Source: Lingula anatina (taxonomy: Eukaryota > Animalia > Brachiopoda). From it: a DNA stretch of 64,000 nucleotides. A program made the translations under genes and the position numbers. Under the pieces are notes generated by a model. It saw only the letters and a list, made by a program, of their open reading frames with translations, was not told the origin of the DNA and did no database searches. The first letter of the stretch is position 1. The number at the start of each line of letters is the position of its first letter. Shown in pieces: positions 1 to 38,174 of this stretch. Location of the stretch: assembly GCA_051362555.1 (NCBI GenBank), contig CM120640.1, positions 33,003,967 to 33,067,966 on the forward strand. Reading direction: 5' to 3'.

Positions 1-9411
<9,411 letters not shown>

Positions 9412-10339
9412 GCTTCAATTTAACTGTTAATATTCACATATATTGGTTTTACTAATTAGAAAAATAGTTTCTGAGGGTGCGAGTCAACTAAAAAAGCTTA
9501 TTCTGTATTCAGACTATCAGCTATGGCTCAAGCGATTCTTGTGTACATAACATTTACGTCGGCATAAAGCACTGTTTCGCTTCTTACTTCAGAGGCCTTT
9601 GACTGTGAAAAGCATTGCCAAAGTATGTTACACTCTCTTCCAGAGGCCCTCATAGTTACTCTCAAGAGGCTTCAACTACTAAGCCAAAATTACACTGAAT
9701 GGGTGAGCTGGTGTGGACATTTCACTTTTTTTCTTATACAAAGGCAAGAATTACATTCAAATAATATGTGCATAGAGTAATGACATATCTGCTTTTCACA
9801 AATGTTCCTATTAAATATGCCCTATGCTAAAATAAATATGTCAGAGATAGATGAATGCAGCAATTTTAGTGTGCATTTAGTGCTCAGCACCTAGCTAGGC
9901 CTTCTATTTTATGGGCACATTTAAGACAAAGAAAGTCAAGATCTGGTACAGAAAATGGTCTTCATTTTATACTTTTTTAGTCCTTTGCAGTCATACGAAA
10001 GCACAATGTAGATGACAAAATCATCAATCGATAGGAGTGCTAACACATGAATATTGTGCTACTACTCAATGTACATGTACTTTCAACCCTCTAATGTTCT
10101 AGTGCCCTATTAGTCACAAAATACTAAATAGGTTAGCCTTCAATCTATGTTGTAACTGCTAAAACAGCTTGATGGTAGAAAGCAGACAGGTAACCTGTCT
10201 CTAGATATCTTCCATTACATTGCATTCCAGAAATGAGGAGACTGCAACGCAAGCACCTGTTTGAATGTTTGTGTGACCCGATTCTAATCTTTTCGGGCGA
10301 CATCTTTACAGCCCTGGATGCTGCATTACTAAACTAATT

Positions 10340-10570
10340 AGAATACTTGAAACAGACCTACCATGGCCCTCACATACATCGTGTGTTGTTCGAATAAAGC
10401 ATGTATAGCTATAATTACGTCTGTTGCTACCCTGTAGAAAGTTGCCACTTTCAGATTTGCAAGGTGCTAAACAAATGACGTCATCAAAATATGTGCACCA
10501 ATATTCTACAAAATGAACCTCGCTTTCAGTATAAAATAGTATTCTAAAATACAGTGCAAAACGAGGTAAT
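10340..10570 (-). promoter_or_regulatory. Probable promoter and non-coding first exon of the NACHT gene
   Basis: Local CpG retention, a palindromic CRE TGACGTCA at 10476-10483, and a minus-strand donor-like G|GTAGGT near 10360. Confidence 0.35.
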
Positions 10571-11480
10571 CTGAGTTATTAGTAATAGACAACAAAGTGA
10601 AACTGGTGATCTCTAGCTTTTTAAGACTTCGTATACAAAATACACCAAGTAACATGGGCAATCAAAGTAAAAAGTTAAAGAAATAATAAGATACAATAGT
10701 GTGTATAATTGGGAACTTTTGTAAAGAATTTGATACTCGGGTTGATCAAGGAGTTCCAACTGTTGGAACTCCTTGGCTTGATAGCCAGTGTTTAGTTGTA
10801 GTTTGGTAGTTGATAACCATGCCAAGTTTCATGATAATCTCTTATTTTGTTGCAAAGCTAGATTGGAAATCAATCACTACAAACGCCAATTGATAAGGCA
10901 GTTAAATTGAAGATATAGGCATTTGGCCACTCTGAGTTCTAAGCGTGCTGACTGGTGAAAAAAAAAGAAAATTTTTGTTCTAAAAGCATTTATTCTAATT
11001 GCAATATTAAGATAAATATTTTAAAGAAGAGAAAAGGGGAAAATGCTATTTTGCCTATTATATTTAAACTTATCAAAACCCCTTATTATTATATTATCCA
11101 GGAATGATATAGCTTTATCAATGGACATTTCAATTTTATTTTGACACAACTGCAAAAATCAGCCAACTTTTGTCAGATTGTCACAAGGCTACATCTATCA
11201 ATAGACTATACAAAAAAGCAACAGCTTGATGTTTCACTTGACATCTTTTTCATGAGAGTTCCATGAATACATGTGAAAGGACTGTATAAATTTCAGATTT
11301 TAAAGAAAATATTTTCCTGACAAAAATCAAGCCCTGTATTGAGACAGGGAAAATGCAAATGTCTCTTCCATATATCCATTGATAACCTGGTGTTACCAGT
11401 AGTAAGAATTTACAACAGTCTAAAATTGATCAAGTCATTTAAAAACAAACAACAAAATTAGCACCTGCTCTAAATAAATA

Positions 11481-14400
11481 TTATTTCAAATTTATAGTTA
11501 TATTCTTTAGACTCATTATCTTTGCAAGTTCTAATCGTCCATCCTCAGTTATATTTCTATTATCATAAATGTCAACATGGAGTAGGTTTGGGCACATGTC
11601 CAGTAATTCGAAAACAGCTTTTTCAGAAATCTTTGGCATATATGTGAGGTAGATCTGCTGTAAATTCCTGAGATGTTTAGATATCAGAATGATGGTGGAA
11701 TCTGTTAGATGACGACAACCCTCTAAATTGAGCACTTCCAGGTTACATAACTTCTGAAAAATAAAAGACAGATATGATGAGGACTTAATTACTAATAACA
11801 TTAGTCTCAATCACTTAATTTGGTCAATTAAATTTCCTGCCACAAAATTTCCACTGAAAAGGACAGTGATACAAATAAGCATTTGTAAAAAGTCTTGAAG
11901 AACATATGAAACAAATTAAATGCATGTGCATAGCAAATATATTATAATCAAGATTTTTCCCAGAGAGCCATCCAGCTGACATTTGAACTTTCAACAACCT
12001 CAAAAAAAACTCCTATATTTCCAAAAAGTTTTGGGTTGGTTGGTTGGGCTTTCTTGGGTTGGAATCCCTGTAAATCGGTGACCAAATTACAAATTCACAT
12101 TTTAGACTCCCTGTACCCCAAATCCCAGGGAAACCCCTGTAATCAGTTATTTACCTTAAATATCTGTTGAGCTAAATGATCAGTCATAACATATCCACAG
12201 TCTTTGAGATTTAAATGTGTCAACCCTGAGCAGTTTCTTGCAATGTGATTCATTACTTTCTCTGTGACGTAAACTCCATGAAGGTCCAGGTGAGTGAGTG
12301 CTGGGCATAATAATGTTTGGAAAACTTTGGAATTGAGTTTTTTCTCTCTCTTCAGTTTGTGTATCATTTGTCTGAAAAAAAATTGATAAAATAAAATTTA
12401 ATAAAATATTAATAATAAAAATAAATAAAACAGATTAAATGACTCATAAATTAAAAAGCAAACTGATTGTTAAGTGTGTGTCCATGATAAGACCAGTCAG
12501 AGGGTGGCAAGGTGGGGGTCAACAGATTTCAACCAAATTCATAATATTGTTGCATATATAGGAAATATTAAGATTGAAGGCAACAATCCCAAAAGAAATC
12601 ATTGGATATAATTATAATATGATATTATATGTTTTGGCCATTTTTGGCTTGATTTTCAGCTTCAGTCAATAAAGCCACTTCATAAGCAAATATTTCAAAA
12701 CTGATGACTTTTTAAAATTAATTGAAAATTTACCTATTTAAACCAGCCATTTGCCATTGAGAATATGTAACTAAATTTCAGTTTAACCCACAAACTGACG
12801 AGCCACGCCCATTTTTATGACCCCACCCCCCAAACTCACTTTTCTACCAAGCAATGTTCAAACATTCATATCTCTCTTTTTGCAGGCTTGACAGCCATAA
12901 AATTTAATAGGGATCCTAAGCATATATTGGTCTAATCATACAAAATTCAAAAAGTGTGTTAAACACAACAGAAGACATTGAAAAAGTGCCTCAAACTTTA
13001 GCAATTTTAGCAGAAAACCAAACGGCCGAAATCAAGATATCAGTACATTTTGAGATAATACCTTCCAATAATCAAATTTAATCAAAGACTCACAGCCAGG
13101 AATTCAAACTATGCTTTGATAAGGGCAAATCTATCCAATTTTTATAAATACAAAATGGCAGCCATCAAATCTGTCCCAAAATACAGTTACCCTAATTCCT
13201 CAAAATAATCAAGAGGCCCATTTTGCAGGTTTTTTATTTTGAGATCTGTAATACAGGATTGCTCAAATAATATTCTTTTCAAACAAAGCCATACAACTTC
13301 TGAATAAATTTAAATTACTAGTGACAAGTTATCCCCCCCCCCCCCCAATTTAATAAGTTATTATTGTGCATATCCAGTGTCATCAGCATTGTGTATATAC
13401 CTTATTTTCAGGGAGCAATAGAGAAAAAAAATTACAAATGATTTTTCTAAAGGTAAAAGGGAATGACTGTCTCATTTTATCAGTTTTCTCAAGTGCAACA
13501 CTAATTAATCCACTTGAAATGATTTATATTGCATTTTTCAACCATTCTTTTTCCTTTCAAATGATTCATAGGCTTTGTAAATACATGTGATATCTTGATA
13601 TCTATATTCTTTTTCTATAAAGAAAATTAAAACAGAGTCAGCAACATACATTGACAGGAGTAGTACTTTATTTTCATATCATCAATTGGACAGTAAAAGA
13701 ACAAAGCAGTTACTTTTTACAGGAGTGAAATCAAGTTATGAATCTCCAAGGTTCCAATATCACGGTCATCTTTTCCATATACTGAACACAACAGTGATGG
13801 GTAGTGTTCAACAGATTTTAATCTTATAACTGATTGATCCCCAAGTTTCTTCTTCTGGTTGAGAGATCCAGGGTCTCCTACAGTAATGATAATTCAGCAC
13901 TCTTAGAATAAGTGTGGTAACTTGAAGCAACATGCCACTATAGTTTAGTGTGACTGAACTGTCAATTGTCAATATTTGTCAATTCAATGGCGCCAATCCT
14001 CCTTTCCTACAAAACTGATTGAGATTGCCTAGCCTAAGATGCATATTTGTTATGGGGGATTGTCCCAAGGTGGCTCTAAGTCCAATAAAGGTTTGCCAGG
14101 ATATCCACTGCTGCGTCTACCTGAAGATGGCAGGACAGGCTGTCAAAAGAAAATGTATTAAACATATTTTAAACTCATGTTAATTGCTGTATAAGAACAA
14201 TTACTAAATAATATTCTGATCAAACATATTGCATAAGTGTTAAAAAGGAAATCAAATATGCATGATTGTAGCTACCAGAATTTCATGATAGAAAAAGAAA
14301 CAAATGAAAAAAAAGTAAACCTTTTTTCTTCTTCGTGGAAGTGTTCCAGGCATTAAAAAGTTGGTGCACACATCTGAATCTGATGAATTTGCCTGTGCAA

Positions 14401-17221
14401 TTTCAGGTGACTTTTCTATTATTGTCTGTAAGATTGTCCAGGTCAAGGTTCACATCCAGGCCTAGGATGTAAAATCTGAAAAATAAACATAATATCAATA
14501 AATGTTTTACAACAACAGAGGCTTACTGTGTTCAGAATAGAAACTATCGTAGCAGGATCAATCTATCTCAGCGGAGTATCACACTCGGGCTCAGTCGTTG
14601 TAATCAGCTTAATTGTCTGGCACGCCCCCTTGCAAAGCAACATGAACAACATAATGGACCGCAAAGTTTTCCTGATTTTACTAAAGTACCTTTAGTTACA
14701 AGTGTCCTGTGTAATATGTAAGTCTTGAAAATTGAAGCACAGGTGGTGAACTTCAACTTCATTGTAAACACACATGAATCTGCATAGTGAATATAAAACT
14801 AAAATATAAAAAACTGGCACTAGTAACATTCCCTTGAAACTGAATGTGTGTTACATACATACATGTTTACCATGAAACAGAAATCAAGTAAAAATCTGTG
14901 AATTGAAATATACCAGTATGTCTTTTAAATTTGCTTATATTCTTTATATTACTGAATAATATTCAAACTTATTATTTAAGTTTATTTATTATAAATAAAT
15001 AATATTTATTTATAAATATTTTCTACTTATTTAAACTGGTTTGACTTTTTAGTGTATCTGATTCTAGTATATGTACGCCACCACTGATCACTTACCTTAC
15101 AACAAACATCCAGAGCTAAATCGATGAGATGGATATATTGAGGAACCCAAGCCTGACAACAGTCTGAAGTGGTTCAACCAAAAAATGCACATTCTAAGGA
15201 CGACCAGCTGCTATGGTCATTTCTTGTTATATTCTGGTGCACACCAATCATTCTGAGATGTACCTAAGCATCTCTAGTGTGTGTTCTTCATAAATTTAAG
15301 AAAGTATTATGTTTTAACACTGTGAAGACGATGTGCTTTGGTCTACAGTTGCTCCGGTGATAATCCTAGTACCCGCCATGTTGAATATAGGTCACAGAGT
15401 TAGCATCGTTATTTTACATTTAGTTTCTACAACATAAACAAATTTTAAAAAATGTATTTTCGCTTCATAAGTTCGTCTGCAGGGCAAACATATTTATTTT
15501 AAGGGCTTTTCACAAACCTATACATGGTTTTGACCTATTAATTCAGTTGAAGAAACAGTTTAGCATTTAAGTAGTATAAAAATTTTCGTTTTTAGGCCCT
15601 TTTTAAAATTGTTATAGTTCTTATTTTACAAGGTTTAACAAAGGTTTTATTTTACAAAATTTATTTTTCAACCCTTTTCTATCAGCACATACCAAAATTA
15701 TATGGATACAACCTGCAAAAAAGAAGTTGTGTGCATTTAAAGAAGGGGAGGGGGTCAAGCATACGGAAAACATGCCTTATTAGAATCAACCTTGTGTGGT
15801 CATGACAGTGCCTTTTCAAAAAATCTGTACTGGGTATTAAAGGTCTTTCCTTAACCTATCATGTGGCTTACCTAAATAATTCCTTATGATGTACATGATT
15901 TTTTAAAAGAATATTTAAAATTATAACTTTTCAAGAGCTAAAATATGCTATATTTTGGCAAAATTGCCAATAAAAGATCTGCCCCCATATCTCTAAAACT
16001 AATGATCCAAAATAAGAAAGCCAGTGGCTCACAATATCTTTTATGTTGATGGTTTACCACACCATAAATTATTAAAATCTGCTGACCCCCACCTTGCCGC
16101 CTTCTGACTGATCTGTCTGGCTTTCTCATGGACGCGCTCTTAAATAGTATCCCTTGCTACAGTTTATGTGTTTTCACTGAACAAATAGAGTTTGATTTGT
16201 CAATAGCTTTAGTAAAAAATAACTGGGATTTACCAGCCAATATATTGTCTGCTGATATCTGAAGATGGTCTAATATTGTAAAATAACAAATGTTCATGCA
16301 TGTATGTATTAGGTTTTCTTCTGATGAATTCTTAAAATATGCCATCTTTTTAAAAATACTGAATGTAGTCTTCAATCAGCTTTACACTTCCAGCCATAGT
16401 CGTACCCTATTAAATATTCATCTGGAAAATCTTGCAAGTCATACATCTCATGGTTTTGGCATATAAAATCCATAGTGGTATCTAATAATCTCTTTACTTT
16501 GGTCCCTTCATGAAAAGAACTCTGAAAATAACAACAAAAAATAGATTAATATTCTTTATGCACTACAAATCCCCCCTCCAAAAATAGAAATAAAAATAAA
16601 TCTAATCAAATAAGATTCAATGTCTTTCAAAAATGCTTTATGAATTAGCAGTAAAATATTTTACAGTATTTACATGCTTACCCTTTCCATTCTTCTCAAG
16701 TATCTTGCTCTAACATAAGTCTCTCCTCTTTCTACTTTTGATTCATATCTCTTGGACCCCCTGGAACCTTTAGACTGCTCTACCTCCTCCAGCACTTCTT
16801 TTGCAGTATGATATCTCATAAGTGGAACTTGCATAAGTTGACATAAAGGAACATAACCTAATAATAATTGGTAAAATGTTATATATACAAACAAAACAAA
16901 ACAAAGGTTTACAATGTTTTCTAAAAATGAACAAGTACATGTATTTAGACAAGTAGCTATGTTTTGTAAATAAAGGCACATAATGACTGATTGGTTTTAA
17001 GCAACATCTATGTAACCCACAGTGCACTTTTTCAACAGAAATAATATCTAAAATGAAGCGAATATATGAGAAGCTGTGAGCTAGATCACATTAAACCTTC
17101 TTTCACCTCCTTCTTTTACTTCAATTCCTTCTTTCTCCGCACCATATCGTAGCAGATATGCCACACGTTTCCCCAGCTTCGTCTTGTCCACGCGTTCTCG
17201 GGTGAGTGGGTCTAGCGCCAT
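11481..17221 (-). CDS. Tpt1/KptA N-terminal-lobe + BC-box-like + AMN1-type LRR protein (298 aa predicted)
   Basis: Exons 17221-17107, 16857-16682, 16521-16406, 12371-12155 and 11753-11481 total 897 nt with all phases matching. Tpt1-like motifs LGKRVAYLLRYGAEKEGI..GGYVPL..KRYE..YVRA, then VKRLLDTTMDFICQN..LQDFPDEYLIGQMIHKL. LRRs include LTHLDLHG, LTHLNLKDC, LEVLNLEGCRHLTD and LQQIYLTYMPKISE. The exon 3-4 join is inferred from phase only. Confidence 0.75.
13650..15390 (-). other. Putative spliced transcript inside the Kolobok-like element (lncRNA or 40-aa small ORF)
   Basis: YY1-type AACATGGCGG at 15382-15373, tandem GTAAG donors at 15100/15095, exon 14475-14321, acceptor at 14140, and AATAAA at 13672-13667. 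Confidence 0.4.
14554..14630. repeat. Fragment related to the foldback repeat family
   Basis: ggatcaatctatctc...tgtctggcacgcc matches pieces of the 33315-33506 arms. Confidence 0.45.
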
Positions 17222-17982
17222 GTTACTGTTAGTATGGTTACTGTATTTCATTTTTCCACTTATGAGGATTGATCCAGTGAGTAATAAACTCGTTAAACTC
17301 AAGGCTCAATTAAAGTTAAATAAAACTAATACTAGTAGCTGTACTTCTATATTGAGAGTTTGACCTGTCACCTTCTTGTTATATACGAATATACCGTCAA
17401 AAACCTTGCACAATCAGTTGCACCACTTTTCAGCGGATTACAGTTTGTTTACATCGTTTTTATTCCTAGATTTGTTATATCATATATGTCACACATTAGC
17501 TTATATTCTTTGTGAGTATTTAAAGACTTATTTTCCTTAAAAATTTTAATTATTATTTCGGACATTTAAAATATTTTTTGCACACATGAAACGCAAACAT
17601 TGTTTCTTGATTGTTGTTAAACTAAACTTTAAAAAATTACATAACTGTGTCGTAAGGTATAATATATATTTTACACAGCGACTCCGCAAAATCAATTATC
17701 ACATCCTGGTGTTCATTTAGGTGAATTGCATAAGTGGTCTTTTAAAAAGCAGTGCGTTTCAACAAACAATTAACTTTGTGGCTTTTTGTCGTAAAAACCA
17801 ATGTAGAAAGTTAGTATCATAGACGCCATACAGAGGTCAGCACAGTCTGGAGGTGTCTCTCTACTGTTGTGTGGATGTGCCACTAGCGAGTCGACAAGAT
17901 ATACAGTCATTTCTCAAAACAATCAAAATCTTATGGCATAGTTTACAGTGACTTCAGCTTCTACAGATTAAGACCGGAAGGC
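17222..17982. promoter_or_regulatory. Head-to-head (bidirectional) promoter region between the Tpt1-LRR gene and HIP1
   Basis: Divergent ATGs at 17221 (-) and 17983 (+), ~760 bp apart. CpGs are retained around both first exons. Confidence 0.65.
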
Positions 17983-35315
<17,333 letters not shown>

Positions 35316-37667
35316 TACCATGCCATGCTGAACTGGTCAGGATGAACACCAGGAAGCACTAATATCCAGGTGGAGGAAACCAGTGATGTAGGCAATTCCA
35401 TGCCAGAATTTTCATCACCAAATACAGCTCTCATCCTTCAGAAAGAAATCTGGCTGCCATTTTTAGAAAATCCATTGAAATATGAGAATTATTGGGATAC
35501 GTGTACATTATGGTATATTTTACTCAGTTCTTCATTGTGAACTTTTAAGTTGTAGGGACCTGTATAAAACAACATTGGTTTTGTCACATTCTCTTGTGGT
35601 CGGTAAAACAGGACTGAGGAACATACAAGTTCATCCTGCATTTAGGAGGTCATATGATAGTGAAATCTAAATATATTGTTTACTATCTTGAAGTCTTAAA
35701 AACAGCATTTTAAACCTTTAAGAACAACTGTTCCTTCATATTTTGAAAAAAAAAAATAATTGCAATTCAGTGTTGATACAATGTCCATCATTGATGTGCA
35801 CAGCATGTGAACATGAATATATTATTTTATAGTCAACTGTGATTTTCAGAGAAATGTGTATATGTTCTCATTCAGGCTTGCCAGTGCACAGTGTATGCTT
35901 ATATGTACAATATGAAATATGCCCATGTAATTACATGTATGTAGATGCACAGTATATATTTTTATGTCTCGGAATGATAATAGTTCATTTTAAACAAGTG
36001 TCAATTTATGTGTTCATTATGGGTTTAATAATATAGGACAGTGTTAGGGTATCAGGTAAATACCAGTCTTATTATCAATAAACTGGCATTGTGTTAGAAT
36101 ATTCTGAATGGTAATCCCAAATATTTTCCCAGGGAAAACTGCAAAAGTTTTAGGAGGAACATATTGTTCCCAGCAGCACATGAGTTTTTAAGGCTAGGAA
36201 CATGTTTTTGTGCATCAGTATCATTGCTGTGTATAGGCCAACATGATAACCACATTATACTGTTTGAAAGGTTAAACACTTGTGTATTCATGTGATATTT
36301 ATATTCCCTAAAATTACTTGAAAAGGAACATGTAAACTATGTTTGTATCAGACTGCAAAAGGAACTTCATGTTTCAACTTCTTCAATACTTAATGTGCAA
36401 TAGCAATATCTACTGTACTTTACATGAAATACTCTCAAGAGTCACTTATGTAGTTGTGCTGGTTATGTTCAAGACAATGGCTAATAGTAGTGTTTGGCAC
36501 TCCTATGTCACTTCAATATTTACCAATCTGAATATTTTATACAACTTATGGCAAAAAGGGCACACTCAGATTTGGTATATGTGTTTTAATTCTTGTTTGA
36601 AGCCTTGTGCTTTGACAAAGTCCGTTAGCATATGAGGGTCACAAGTGAGTTATGCTAAAATATGCATTAGAAGTTCAATAATAAAATATTACTACCCTCT
36701 CCCATTAAAACAGTTTCCAGGTCATTGGATATGGTCAGTCTGTGTGTTCCTTCATTCATTTAAAGCTTTTCATTGAAAGTTTTGAAGAAAAAAGTAGTGG
36801 AATCATGTTGAATGTTTGCCTAGTTAGGAAATTCACAGAGGTGATAAGGTCAATATGTTTTAGAAATTCATTTTCAAAATCGAAGTATTTGATATATTGG
36901 GCTGTGTAGCAGCTTGACAGTTTGATAGAAATGATGATTACATATTATTTTATAAAAGTCGTGCATAATCATAATTTCTTGATGAAAGACCTTAACGAAA
37001 GTGGAAATTTTCTTTTAAAAATTTGCTTGCACATGTTTGTTTACTTCCATTTTTATTGTGAATCTGTCTGTAAAGATTAATTGAGATACAAACGTGTTAT
37101 CATATACGCATTCAAAAGGGGCTTCGTTGTCTTTTGAAATGGATGATTTTAGGGGTTTTATCACATTTCCATACATTGAACATATTTGAATTAACTGGAA
37201 AGAACGGTTATATACCTATGTAAAATTGTGAAAATGTGTAAAATAAATGTGGAAATAGATTACTCTCTTAATTGTCATTTATTATTGATGAACTCTTTGT
37301 GAAGTGGAATATATATTTTAATATAAATCTTCTTTCAATTATGATAGAACGGAAAGGTATTTTTGTTGGATTTTTTAAAAACTGATTTGAACTTTTATTA
37401 AAAATATTAAGAAAGAATTAACTATTATCTTTATTTATTAAGAAGAACAAATACGACAGAATCGGTCTTGATTAAAAAAAACTGATGCCGAGAAATAATG
37501 ATAAGGCAAATATAAGGTGCACCCTCTCTTACTTTCGTTTTCTTACACCTGCCCTGCCGTCGCCATTTCATAGTTAAACATTCCAGTTTAAACCAAAAAA
37601 ATTAGCGATTGTCTGGACACATTTCACTGTTACAGAATGCGCAAAATGCCCTCACAATCGAAAATTT

Positions 37668-38101
37668 TCAAGGTGGGCTAATAATGGTGATATTGCTGTA
37701 CTTGTGGCACTGGCACTGCTTGTATTGGTCTGGCCCGGGGGTTTCGCCGTTTTGCCTGTGAGCCTGAGCGCAGTCGGCCTCCTCCCAGGTCACCTCGGGG
37801 TTATTCCAGCCAATTCTTCTGAGTTGTCCACCAAGGTCTTCTATATCGAAGTGGGTGGCGTAGCCGTACTGGTTGGTGCCACCCCCGGGTGTCTGTCCGC
37901 ACCACTGCATGTTCCCTTGCCTAGGACAAACATTGGTCACCATCACCACTACGGGTTTATCATTGGGAGGGGGACCACCCTGGCCAGGTACAAAACCACC
38001 TGGAAGAAGATCATAATTTTTGCCATTTATTTGTTCAAGCATTTAAATCACGTCAGTTTTGCCAGAAAATATGATAAATCACGATAGATTAATGAAGAAA
38101 A

Positions 38102-38174
<73 letters not shown>

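Larger units (their letters stand above)
12474..16139. mobile_element. Kolobok-like non-autonomous DNA transposon (~3.67 kb) in intron 3 of the Tpt1-LRR gene
   Basis: TTAA on both sides (12470-12473, 16140-16143). Imperfect ~55-65 bp TIRs: gtgtgtgtccatga..cagtcagagggtggcaaggtgggggtcaacagattt versus the reverse complement gagcgcgtccatga..cagtcagaaggcggcaaggtgggggtcagcagattt. No transposase ORF seen. Confidence 0.7.

Noticed and set aside
14725-14765. Short hairpin as a miRNA or snoRNA candidate
   Set aside because: The stem is too short for a pre-miRNA, and no C/D or H/ACA box arrangement was found.
16373-17221. Stand-alone functional TRPT1 gene
   Set aside because: No NAD-binding lobe or HGT motif. 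Exon 3 is not Tpt1-like and its phase matches the downstream LRR exon, so the TRPT1 symbol was not assigned.
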